Below the pieces are notes generated by a model. The model did not search any database, was not told the origin of the DNA, and saw only the letters and a program-made list of their open reading frames with translations. Below are positions 55,668 to 64,000 of a DNA stretch of 64,000 nucleotides, piece by piece. A program made the translations under genes and the position numbers. This DNA comes from Pontixanthobacter sp. (GTDB taxonomy: Bacteria; Pseudomonadota; Alphaproteobacteria; Sphingomonadales; Sphingomonadaceae): positions 1,790 to 65,789 of the forward strand of contig JBGSJO010000042.1 of assembly GCA_041741895.1 (NCBI GenBank). Reading direction: 5' to 3'. The stretch's first letter is position 1. The number at the start of each line of letters is the position of its first letter.

Positions 55668-56606
55668 ATGACTACTGGTAGCAACACAGTGACGAACGAA
55701 CTCAAGAACAAGAATTTGCGCGCGGATGGCGATGAAAGCGAGAAAGTAAACTGGCTCGCCGAATTGCGCGGTCTTGCGCTGATGTTGCTGGCGGTGCTGG
55801 TGTTCCATACGTTTGTGGCCAAGCCGTTCTATATCCCCTCGCCCAGCATGATGCCGAATCTGCTGGAAGGTGACCGGTTGGTGGTCAGCAAATATCCCTA
55901 CGGCTGGTCATGGGTTTCCGCATCGTTCCATGTATTGCCGCGCAGCAAGACGCGCATCTGGCCCGCGACGCCGGAATATGGCGATATCGTGGTGCCGGTC
56001 CCGCCGCATCACGATGTCGATTACATCAAGCGGGTGGTAGGTCTGCCAGGTGACCGGTTGTCAGTGGTCGGTGGGCAGATCATCCTGAACGGGGTTCCGG
56101 TGCCGCAAGCGGTCGAACCGGCCATCCATATCCCGATCGATCCGAACAACACCTGCGACGAATTCGATTATCCGGGCATGGCTATCACCAGACAGTCGGG
56201 CGAAAGGGTCTGCGAAATGCCGACCTACCGTGAAACACTGCCCAACGGCGCGACCTATCTGATCATCGATCACAGGCGCCAGGCGCTGGATGATTACCCT
56301 GAAATCACCATTCCGGCAGGCCACGTCTTCCTGATGGGTGACAACCGCGATCATTCGTCTGACAGCCGCGCCCCGGCGGCCCCTGCCGATCTGCCGGAAA
56401 GCACCGGATTAGGCGGCCCGGTGCCCCTTGAAAATATTGGCGGGCGCGCCGAATTCATCACCTTCTCGCTCGACGGCACCACGACCTGGAACCCGATCAG
56501 CTGGTGGACATCGCTCCGCGGCGACCGTGCGTGGACCACGCTGCGCCCGGCGAAGGCAAGGGTAGCAAGCGCAGGCTCCGCATCATCGGAAAACAATGAT
56601 GAGTGA
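55668..56606 (+). CDS. lepB: Signal peptidase I
   Basis: IPSPSMMPNL (Ser), YIKRVVGLPGD (Lys), VFLMGDNRDHSSDSR. Confidence 0.9.
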   Translation: MTTGSNTVTNELKNKNLRADGDESEKVNWLAELRGLALMLLAVLVFHTFVAKPFYIPSPSMMPNLLEGDRLVVSKYPYGWSWVSASFHVLPRSKTRIWPATPEYGDIVVPVPPHHDVDYIKRVVGLPGDRLSVVGGQIILNGVPVPQAVEPAIHIPIDPNNTCDEFDYPGMAITRQSGERVCEMPTYRETLPNGATYLIIDHRRQALDDYPEITIPAGHVFLMGDNRDHSSDSRAPAAPADLPESTGLGGPVPLENIGGRAEFITFSLDGTTTWNPISWWTSLRGDRAWTTLRPAKARVASAGSASSENNDE

Positions 56607-57702
56607 TAACGACAAACCGGCATCTGCGGGTTCCGTGCATAATATGGGCTCCAGCCCTACGCGCATTTCCGATGTGCAGCTTCGTTTCGAGGCGAAACGG
56701 GCGTTTGTCTGGACCGCAGTGGTCGGGCTGACCATTCTGGCGGTTTACATTTCGCAATCACTATTGGTCATTTTCGGCGCAATGGTGTTCGCTTCCATGA
56801 TTGACGGCGGTGCCCGCCTGCTGGGCCGTGCGCTCAAGATCGGCCGCATCTGGCGCGTCGGGATCATTCTGGTGCTGACCGTGGCATTCTTCTATTGGCT
56901 GGCCACCTTTGCCGGCACGCAAATCTCCCGCGAAGCCGCTCAATTGCCGCAAATCATCGAGGCACAGATCGGCCAGGCCATCATCTGGCTCGATGCGCAG
57001 GGCTTCGCGATCAAGCAGGACGACATCCAGAATCTGGTCGGCAATCTGATGAGCGGGGTGGGCACCGTCACCCGGGCCATCGGCGGGATCTTCGGAGGCC
57101 TGACCACCCTGTTGCTGATCGTCATCATCGGGATCTACATCGCGGTGGAGCCAGACCTTTACGAACGCGGTGTTGCGTGGATGCTGCCCAACCAGAAGCG
57201 TTCGGACTTTTATATCACGGCATCCAAAATGGGCTATGCAATGCGCCGGTTGATGGCCGGGCGGCTGGTCGGAATGGTATTCGAAGGCGTCTTCACCTGG
57301 GCAATGCTGGCTTTCTATGGCGTGCCAATGGCTGCGTTGCTGGGCATACTAACTGGTTTGCTGGCCTTCGTACCCAATCTCGGGGCACTCGTTTCGGGTG
57401 TATTGATGGTTCTCGTCGGATTTTCCGGCGGAACGGAAATGGGTCTCTACACCATCTGCGTCTATTTTCTGGTCCAGACCTTGGATGGCTATGTGATCAT
57501 TCCGCTGATCGCCAAGAAAACTGTCGATCTGGCACCGGCACTGGTATTGGCTGCGCAGCTGATCATGGGAATATTGTTCGGCATTCTCGGATTGTTCCTG
57601 GCCGATCCGATGCTCGCCATGATCAAGGTGATGCTGGAACGGCGATCCGAACAGAACGATCAAGCCGCAAACGAAGGGGAGATGATAGCCGATGGTACGT
57701 AA
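56596..57702 (+). CDS. AI-2E family transporter (PerM/YhhT-like)
   Basis: Eight predicted TM helices and a C-terminal FVPNLGALVSG...Y.I.PLI block. Confidence 0.85.
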   Translation: MMSDNDKPASAGSVHNMGSSPTRISDVQLRFEAKRAFVWTAVVGLTILAVYISQSLLVIFGAMVFASMIDGGARLLGRALKIGRIWRVGIILVLTVAFFYWLATFAGTQISREAAQLPQIIEAQIGQAIIWLDAQGFAIKQDDIQNLVGNLMSGVGTVTRAIGGIFGGLTTLLLIVIIGIYIAVEPDLYERGVAWMLPNQKRSDFYITASKMGYAMRRLMAGRLVGMVFEGVFTWAMLAFYGVPMAALLGILTGLLAFVPNLGALVSGVLMVLVGFSGGTEMGLYTICVYFLVQTLDGYVIIPLIAKKTVDLAPALVLAAQLIMGILFGILGLFLADPMLAMIKVMLERRSEQNDQAANEGEMIADGT

Positions 57703-58828
57703 ATTCCTCTATTTTGTCGCGGCGATCATCATTCTGGTGATCGCAGGCGGATTTGCTCTCATCATCTGGTCGAGCGAGTTGACCCGCATGGCGATGGTGC
57801 CCCGAGCCGAATTCGTGGAGCAGCAGCCTTTCGACCAGAACGCCTATCTCGATCCGGACATGTGGTATTCGCGCCCGGGGATCGGGATGGACGATCCGGC
57901 CAGATGGCAACCCGCCACCCGCGGCGCCCAGCGCACCCTTCCGGCCGCCACAATTTCTGGACAGAATTATGCGGTGTTCTTCATCCATCCGACCAGCTTT
58001 ATCGACCGGACCCAATGGAATGCCCCGCTGGATGATGCGGATTCGCAGCGCATCGCCAGGGTGTACCTGCGCGGAATGGCCAGCCCGTTCAATCAGGCGA
58101 GCGAAATCTGGGCACCCAAATATCGTCAGGCTACATTCGGCGCGTTCCTGACCGATTCTCCCGAGGCAAAGGCAGCGCTCAAAGCCGCCTATACCGATGT
58201 GAAACAGGCATTTGCCGTGTTCACCGCCAGCGTCGATCCCGACACGCCGATCGTGCTTGCGGGCCACAGCCAGGGGGCGCTGCACCTGCTGCAATTGCTA
58301 CGCGAGGAAGTGGCCGGGAAAGATATCGCAACGCGCATTGCGGCGATTTATGCGATTGGCTGGCCGATTTCGGTCAACCACGACCTGCCCGCACTGGGCT
58401 TTCCTGCCTGTGCAACGAGCAACCAGCCAGCCTGCGTCATGAGCTGGTCCAGCTTCGCCGAACCCGCCGATCCATCGCAGGTGATGGAAAGTTACAGCCA
58501 GTCGGTCGGTTTCGACGGAACCTTGCGCGGGAACAGCAAAATTCTCTGCACCAATCCGCTGACCGGCGGGATCGGCGGCGTTGCGGTTGCCGCCAGGAAC
58601 CTGGGCACACTGGTGCCCGACGAAACCATGTCCAACGGCGAATTGGTTCCGGGCGCGGTCCCTGCGCGCTGTTCCGGCGAGGGCCTGCTGCTGATCGGCG
58701 ATCCGCCACAGATGGGCAGCGCGGTGCTGCCGGGTAACAATTACCATGTGTATGATATTCCCCTGTTCTGGAAAAACCTCCAACAGAATGTCGCGGACCG
58801 GGTGGCTGCATGGAAAACAGCGCAATAA
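57692..58828 (+). CDS. DUF3089-like alpha/beta-fold protein, membrane anchored
   Basis: N-terminal TM, VFFIHPTS, nucleophile-elbow-like LAGHSQGALHL. Confidence 0.7.
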   Translation: MVRKFLYFVAAIIILVIAGGFALIIWSSELTRMAMVPRAEFVEQQPFDQNAYLDPDMWYSRPGIGMDDPARWQPATRGAQRTLPAATISGQNYAVFFIHPTSFIDRTQWNAPLDDADSQRIARVYLRGMASPFNQASEIWAPKYRQATFGAFLTDSPEAKAALKAAYTDVKQAFAVFTASVDPDTPIVLAGHSQGALHLLQLLREEVAGKDIATRIAAIYAIGWPISVNHDLPALGFPACATSNQPACVMSWSSFAEPADPSQVMESYSQSVGFDGTLRGNSKILCTNPLTGGIGGVAVAARNLGTLVPDETMSNGELVPGAVPARCSGEGLLLIGDPPQMGSAVLPGNNYHVYDIPLFWKNLQQNVADRVAAWKTAQ

Positions 58829-59295
58829 TCACCGACAGCGCGCGGGATTTTGCCGATGCATTCCCCGATGGCGGCGCGTTGCTGGCGATCGATCTGGGGA
58901 CCAAGACACTCGGCACCGCCACCTGCGATGCCGGATGGCAATTCGCAACTGCGGGCAAGACCCTGCCCCGCGGCAAATTCGGGCGCGACCGGGAAGCCTT
59001 TGCCGCGCTGATTGGCGAACGCCTCGTTAAGGGGCTGGTGATCGGCCTGCCGCGCAACATGGACGGCAGCGAAGGGCCGCGCGCGCAGGCCAGCCGCGCC
59101 TATGCCCGCAACATGGCCGAGGCGTTTGAATTGCCGGTACTGCTGTGGGACGAACGATGGTCCACTGCCAGCGCGGAAAGTGCGATGATCGGGCAGGATT
59201 TCAGCCGCAGGAAGCGCGCCGAACGGATCGACAGCCACGCAGCCGCAATCTTCTTGCAAGGTGCCATCGATGCGATGGCAGGCGGCATAATCTAG
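58810..59295 (+). CDS. ruvX: Holliday junction resolvase-like RuvX (YqgF)
   Basis: LLAIDLGTKTLGTA, LVIGLPRNMDGSEG, DERWST. Confidence 0.88.
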   Translation: MENSAIITDSARDFADAFPDGGALLAIDLGTKTLGTATCDAGWQFATAGKTLPRGKFGRDREAFAALIGERLVKGLVIGLPRNMDGSEGPRAQASRAYARNMAEAFELPVLLWDERWSTASAESAMIGQDFSRRKRAERIDSHAAAIFLQGAIDAMAGGII

Positions 59296-59432
59296 GCGGT
59301 TCTTCGCCGAGCCTTTGCGGACGATGACGTCTACCAGGCTGTAAATTTCCTGTGCCCAACGGTGCATCACGCGGGCCCGGGCCGTGAAATTAAAACATTG
59401 AAAAGCCTTGGGCCAATTGTCAGAGCATCCCC

Positions 59433-59912
59433 ATGACCGATCCCCGCACCCCAGACCCCCGCTCCCCGGACCAGCGGCATCATTTCGATCCCGGCCGCGC
59501 GGCGCCGATGCTGCTCCAGCATGGCCATACCGGTTGGCTGGGGCTGAAATATCGCGCGCATGGCAATGATTGGGCAGAACTTGAATTGCCCTGGCGAGAA
59601 GATTTGCTGGGGGAAGCGGAACGGCATGTGCTGGCATCCGGCCCGATCATCAGCATGATGGACATGGCGTGCGGCCTCGCGGTCTGGACCACCCTTGGCC
59701 GGTTCACGGCGATTGCCACGCTGGACCTGCGGGTGGATTATCAGCGCCCGGCGAAAGATCGCGCGGCGGTGATCGGGCGCGCGGAATGCTACAAGGTCAC
59801 CAAGTCGGCAGCCTTTTTACGCGGGATCGCGCATGATGGCGATCTGGATGATCCCGTGGCGCATATTGCGGGCGTGTTCATGTCCATCACAGGGGATTCC
59901 CACAATGGCTGA
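59433..59912 (+). CDS. PaaI-family hotdog thioesterase
   Basis: GPIISMMDMACGLAV...TLDLRVDYQRPA pattern. Confidence 0.8.
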   Translation: MTDPRTPDPRSPDQRHHFDPGRAAPMLLQHGHTGWLGLKYRAHGNDWAELELPWREDLLGEAERHVLASGPIISMMDMACGLAVWTTLGRFTAIATLDLRVDYQRPAKDRAAVIGRAECYKVTKSAAFLRGIAHDGDLDDPVAHIAGVFMSITGDSHNG

Positions 59913-60318
59913 TATTGTGCTGACACCCTACGCCGACTCGCTCGGCATTGTGATCCATGGGGAGGAAGACGGCGCGCCTGTGCTGGGGTGCGATTTTGGT
60001 GGCAATGTGGAAGGGCGGCCAGGCCATTTGCATGGCGGCGCAATCAGCGGCCTGCTGGAAACCGCTGGCTACGCCCTGCTGCGCAGCGAATTGTCGAGGT
60101 TTGGCCGCGCCCACCGGCTAAAACCAATCAACATCACGGTCCAGTTCCTCGCCCCGGGCAAACCGAAGCTGACCTATGCGATGGCGAGGATAACCAAGCT
60201 GGGGCGGCGCAACGCCAACATCGCGGTGGAGGCGTGGCAGGATGATCGCAGCCGCCCGATAGCCACCGCAATCATGAATATCCTGATGGTGACGGAAGAA
60301 AGTGCCGAGCAGACCTAG
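59905..60318 (+). CDS. PaaI-family hotdog thioesterase (second copy)
   Basis: HLHGGAISGLLETAGYA...INITVQFLAPG. Its ATG overlaps the upstream gene by 8 nt. Confidence 0.8.
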   Translation: MADIVLTPYADSLGIVIHGEEDGAPVLGCDFGGNVEGRPGHLHGGAISGLLETAGYALLRSELSRFGRAHRLKPINITVQFLAPGKPKLTYAMARITKLGRRNANIAVEAWQDDRSRPIATAIMNILMVTEESAEQT

Positions 60319-60327
60319 GCCCTGATC

Positions 60328-61317
60328 CTAGACCTTCCCGACCACGCTTTCAGGCAATTCGGTGCCGAACACGCGCTGGTAATATTCCGCCACCAGCATC
60401 CGTTCCGCTTCATCGCATTTGTTGAGGAAGCTGAGGCGGAAGGCAAAGCCGACATCCTTGAAGATTTTGGCATTCTGCGCCCAGGTGATCACCGTGCGGG
60501 GGCTCATCACCGTGGAGATATCTCCGTTCATGAAGCCCTGGCGGGTAAGATCGGCAACCTTGACCATGTCGGCAATTACCTTGGGATCGGTGTCCGGATT
60601 CTTGGCCGCAACGATCTTCTGTTCGGTATCTGTGGGAAGGTAATTCAGCGCAACCACGATGTTCCACCGGTCCATCTGGCCCTGATTGATCGCCTGCGTG
60701 CCGTGATACAGCCCGCTGGTATCACCCAGCCCGACCGTGTTGGCGGTGGCGAACAGGCGAAAGCCCGGATCGGGGCGGATAACTCGGTTCTGGTCAAGCA
60801 GGGTCAGCTTGCCTTCCGCTTCCAGTACACGCTGGATCACGAACATCACGTCCGGGCGGCCAGCATCATATTCATCGAACACCAGCGCCACCGGGTGTTG
60901 CAGTGCCCATGGCAGCAAACCTTCGCGGAATTCGGTAACCTGCAACCCGTCACGCAGCACGATCGCATCCCGCCCGACCAGATCGATCCGGCTGATATGA
61001 GCGTCGAGGTTGATCCGGATACACGGCCATTTGAGGCGCGCGGCGACCTGTTCGATATGGGTCGATTTGCCGGTGCCGTGATAGCCCTGCACCATCACGC
61101 GGCGATTATGCGCAAATCCGGCCAGGATCGCCAGAGTCGTGTCCGGGTCGAACACATAATTTTCATCGAGATCGGGGACACGTTCGTCGCTTTGCGAGAA
61201 AGCGGGGACCATCATGTCCACGTCAATACCGAACATTTCCCGCACGCTGACCTGCGTGTCAGGTGCAGCAAGAGAGGTCTTGCTGGAAGGGTCGAAGCTT
61301 TTTGTCGTTTGGTTCAT
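60328..61317 (-). CDS. cobS: Cobaltochelatase CobS-type AAA+ ATPase
   Basis: [32 protein letters not shown] (Walker A), ALVFDEYD (Walker B). CobS-like throughout. MNQTTK start at 61317. Confidence 0.88.
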   Translation of the reverse strand: MNQTTKSFDPSSKTSLAAPDTQVSVREMFGIDVDMMVPAFSQSDERVPDLDENYVFDPDTTLAILAGFAHNRRVMVQGYHGTGKSTHIEQVAARLKWPCIRINLDAHISRIDLVGRDAIVLRDGLQVTEFREGLLPWALQHPVALVFDEYDAGRPDVMFVIQRVLEAEGKLTLLDQNRVIRPDPGFRLFATANTVGLGDTSGLYHGTQAINQGQMDRWNIVVALNYLPTDTEQKIVAAKNPDTDPKVIADMVKVADLTRQGFMNGDISTVMSPRTVITWAQNAKIFKDVGFAFRLSFLNKCDEAERMLVAEYYQRVFGTELPESVVGKV

Positions 61318-61422
61318 TGCGCGGCCACGCCTAGACGGGAGCGTGTCGCCCTGCAAGCCGTGACATTGGTCCGTATTGCGGAAACATTTCATTCCCGCCC
61401 GAAGCCCCTATATTGCCCCTAT

Positions 61423-62265
61423 ATGCCGCTTCCCCGACCATCCGAGAAAATCCGCGAGCAATTGGTCGGCCGGGTCCGTGCGATGTTCAACGATGTCGAG
61501 GGCGGGCAGCAACCGGTCCCCCCATCGGACAATGCATTGTTCGAACGCGATTCGCCGATCCGGCTGGTGCATGCCGATGTTGTATCGATGATGGTGGGCG
61601 GGGTGCGGGGTCTGCTGCTCCAGATGCTTCATCCCCATGCGCTGCAGGGCGTGCTCGACCATTCTGACTTCCGCAGCGACATGCATGGGCGGCTGCGCCG
61701 GACCGCTCGGTTCATCGCGGTAACGACCTTCGGGGAGAAAAGTGAGGCGGAACGGGTGATTGCCCGCGTCAACCGGATCCACGAACGGGTCAGTGGCACC
61801 CTGCCTGACGGCACACCCTATTCCGCGCGCACGCCAGAAACGCTCGCATGGGTCCATTTGGCAGAGGCAACCAGTTTCCTCGAAGGCTATCTGCGCTATG
61901 TCCGCCCGGCCATGCCCTATGCCGAGCAAGACGAATATTTCCGCCAGTTCGCCGTGATCGCCCGCAAGCTTGGTGCCGATCCGGTGCCTGAAACCCGGAC
62001 CGAGGCCGAACGGATGCTGCGCGCGATGCACCCGCAGTTAAAAAGCTCGCCGCAAGCCCAGGAGATCGCCCGGCTGGTTCTGACCCAGCGGCCCAGGGGC
62101 GCACCGTCGGCGGTCCAGCAAATGCTCGGCACGGCTGCGGTCGACCTGCTGCCGAATTATGCCCGGTCCATGCTGGGCCTCAAACCGCCGGGCCTTTCCG
62201 CCCTGCCCGCCCGCCTTGCCGCGCAGACAATGGGCCGCACTTTGCGCTGGGCATTCCGGCAATAA
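61423..62265 (+). CDS. DUF2236 (MpaB/rubber-oxygenase-like) family oxygenase
   Basis: MMVGGVRGLLLQMLHPHALQGVLDHSDFRSDMHGRLRRTARF...RVNRIHERVSG. The ORF-track entry 60703..62265 is an antisense run-on; ATG at 61423. Confidence 0.75.
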   Translation: MPLPRPSEKIREQLVGRVRAMFNDVEGGQQPVPPSDNALFERDSPIRLVHADVVSMMVGGVRGLLLQMLHPHALQGVLDHSDFRSDMHGRLRRTARFIAVTTFGEKSEAERVIARVNRIHERVSGTLPDGTPYSARTPETLAWVHLAEATSFLEGYLRYVRPAMPYAEQDEYFRQFAVIARKLGADPVPETRTEAERMLRAMHPQLKSSPQAQEIARLVLTQRPRGAPSAVQQMLGTAAVDLLPNYARSMLGLKPPGLSALPARLAAQTMGRTLRWAFRQ

Positions 62266-62317
62266 TCCGACAGAATTGGCTCCGCAGCGGCGAAAAGGAT
62301 GAAACAGGGCACTTCGG

Positions 62318-62755
62318 ATGCATGAACTGGCAGTCACCCGTCTAATTAACGCACCGGCTGCGCATGTCTGGCAAATCATGACAGAGCGGCTGGCGGAATG
62401 GTGGTGTCCCAAGCCCTGGACCACGGAGATCGTGCGGCTCGACCGGCGGGCGGGCGGTGTATCCAACATCGTGATGCATGGTCCCGACGGCGAGGAACAC
62501 CTGACCCCGGGCCTGATTCTGGCATGGAGCGAAGGGCACCATTTCGCCTTCACCGATGCGATTGCGCCCGGGTTGATTCCGGCGGAAGCCTTCATGATCG
62601 GTATCTGGGCGATCGAAGCGGTTGGCAACAAAACCCGCTATACCGCCGTTGCCCGCCACTGGACCGAGGAAGCGATGCAGCAACATCTGGAAATGGGGTT
62701 CCACAACGGCTGGATCGCGGTGGCCGAGCAGCTCCAGACCCTGTGCGAGGAATAA
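62318..62755 (+). CDS. SRPBCC (AHSA1/START-like) family protein
   Basis: RLINAPAAHVWQIMT...WWCPKPW... Confidence 0.8.
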   Translation: MHELAVTRLINAPAAHVWQIMTERLAEWWCPKPWTTEIVRLDRRAGGVSNIVMHGPDGEEHLTPGLILAWSEGHHFAFTDAIAPGLIPAEAFMIGIWAIEAVGNKTRYTAVARHWTEEAMQQHLEMGFHNGWIAVAEQLQTLCEE

Positions 62756-62773
62756 TTCAGGCCAGCATCCGGT

Positions 62774-63382
62774 TTAACCGAGCGCGCGGCTTTTCCGCAG
62801 CAACTGATAAGCCTCTACCACCCGGCCGAGACGCGCCTCGTGACTGCGGTCCCCGCCATTGCGGTCGGGATGATAGCGGCGCACCAGTTCCGAATAGCGA
62901 CGGCGCAATTTCAGCCGGTCTGTCCCCGCATCCAGCCCGAGAACCTCCAGCGCCTGCACTTCTTCCGCGCCGAACCCGCCCGCCATCTGCATTCCCGGGT
63001 ACATTTGGCCCGCCTGCCTCCGGGCGCGGGACTTGATCTCGGCCGCGCGGGCATTGATAACATCCAGCGGGTCTTCGTAATCGGCCCAGCGCGGCATCGC
63101 ATCGCCCATTTCGGCGGCGCGAAAAGCGCGCGCGGTGCTGGCCCAGCCGGAAACGGGGGATTGCGCAGCGAGGATTTCATCCGCACTCATCCCCTCGAAC
63201 CAATCGTAACCGGAGTTGAATTCGCGGACATGATCCAGGCAGAACCAGCGGTAATCGCCCGGCCCGTCGAAACTGGATCCACGCGGTCCGGGAGCGCGGA
63301 ATTCGCCCGCCTCGGCGCATTCAGGCGCATCGCACCCGCGTCCTTCGGTTTCGAACCGCCCGTGGAACCTGTCACCGCGCAT
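62774..63382 (-). CDS. J-domain protein (C-terminal DnaJ domain)
   Basis: LEVLGLDAGTDRLKLRRRYSELVRRYHPDRNGG (HPD). N-terminal Cys-containing region CDAPECAEAG...WFCLDHVREFN. Confidence 0.8.
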   Translation of the reverse strand: MRGDRFHGRFETEGRGCDAPECAEAGEFRAPGPRGSSFDGPGDYRWFCLDHVREFNSGYDWFEGMSADEILAAQSPVSGWASTARAFRAAEMGDAMPRWADYEDPLDVINARAAEIKSRARRQAGQMYPGMQMAGGFGAEEVQALEVLGLDAGTDRLKLRRRYSELVRRYHPDRNGGDRSHEARLGRVVEAYQLLRKSRALG

Positions 63383-63437
63383 GGCTCTTTAGGATGGGGT
63401 GGGTTATGGAAATTGCAAACACGAAAAGGAAAATTGG

Positions 63438-63716
63438 ATGAGCGTGCAGCAGGAAATGAAGCAAAGTCTGGAAGATGCGTTTGCGCCGGCCCGGCTCGAA
63501 GTAATCAATGAAAGCGCGAAACACTCCGGCCATTCGGGCGATGACGGCAGCGGCGAATCGCATTTCACCATTGTGATCGAAAGCGCCGCTTTTACGGGAA
63601 TCTCGCGGTTGCAACGTCAACGGATGGTCAATGCCGCGCTGGGAGATATTCCTGGCCAGCGCGTCCATGCACTGGCGATCAAGGCTTCCGCGCCGGAGGA
63701 AAATCGAGGAAACTGA
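63438..63716 (+). CDS. bolA: BolA family protein
   Basis: LEVINESAKHSGHSG...HFTIVIESAAFTGISRLQRQRMVN. Confidence 0.85.
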   Translation: MSVQQEMKQSLEDAFAPARLEVINESAKHSGHSGDDGSGESHFTIVIESAAFTGISRLQRQRMVNAALGDIPGQRVHALAIKASAPEENRGN

Positions 63717-63719
63717 GTC

Positions 63720-64000
63720 ATGTTTGAGCAAACAATTAGTCCCGTCACCCATGATCTGGGCGAGTTCAAGGTGCGCCGCGCCTTGCCATCGCGCCAGCGC
63801 ACGATGGTCGGGCCGTTCATTTTCGTCGATCAATTCGGCCCGGCGCAGATGGACCTTGGCGCGGGAATGAATGTCCGTCCGCATCCGCATATCAATCTGG
63901 CGACAGTGACGTGGTTGTTTGGCGGGGATCATGCGGGCGCAATCGATCACCGCGATTCGATCGGCAGCTTTGCGACCATCCGTCCGGGACAGGTCAATCT
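63720..64000 (+). CDS. Pirin family protein (partial, runs out of the window)
   Basis: My own translation from ATG 63720: [41 protein letters not shown]...[17 protein letters not shown]...[17 protein letters not shown]. Not in the ORF track because no stop is in the window. Confidence 0.8.
   Translation, partial: MFEQTISPVTHDLGEFKVRRALPSRQRTMVGPFIFVDQFGPAQMDLGAGMNVRPHPHINLATVTWLFGGDHAGAIDHRDSIGSFATIRPGQVN

Overview
The window is a visibly GC-rich chromosomal segment. Gene content points to an alphaproteobacterium, probably Sphingomonadales-like: class I LysRS, plant-type glutamate-cysteine ligase, an aa3 oxidase cluster (coxB-ctaD-ctaB-ctaG-coxC-DUF983-surf1), a bolA / J-domain / cobS neighbourhood, and L21 with an Ala/Lys/Pro tail. 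I support about 75 protein-coding genes. Most are housekeeping: translation (ettA, lysK, rpmA, rplU, rsmE), pyrimidine, PLP and Moco synthesis (pyrC, pyrE, pdxJ, moaAED), respiration, envelope (bamB, lepB) and redox (gshA, soxR).

I recognised no rRNA, tRNA or CRISPR array. The gaps were only read by eye, with no covariance search.

Only the left edge looks accessory. An IS21-family element end (nt 1-159, running out of the window) lies next to a compact copper module, copB-copA, with a divergent csoR and a perfect CsoR-type palindrome.

I did not find a convincing new multi-gene system such as a defence island, toxin-antitoxin pair or biosynthetic cluster. The best leads are regulatory or architectural:
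- the IS21 end and the odd non-coding spacer beside copB;
- a CsoR-controlled copAB;
- a palindromic TGAAC-N16-CGTT (EcfG-like) motif that reads the same on both strands between two divergent genes;
- a 34% G+C, 312-bp island in front of a Cys-rich secreted orphan and a DinG/XPD-like helicase;
- a SoxR box driving a VOC-family gene;
- an FNR-type regulator translationally coupled to a lipoprotein, with a perfect TTGAT-N4-ATCAA box in front of a neighbouring orphan membrane protein;
- an SDR-remnant mini-protein plus a FolB-like gene embedded ahead of moaA-moaD-moaE.

All family assignments come from motif recognition by eye and from memory. No database search was run.
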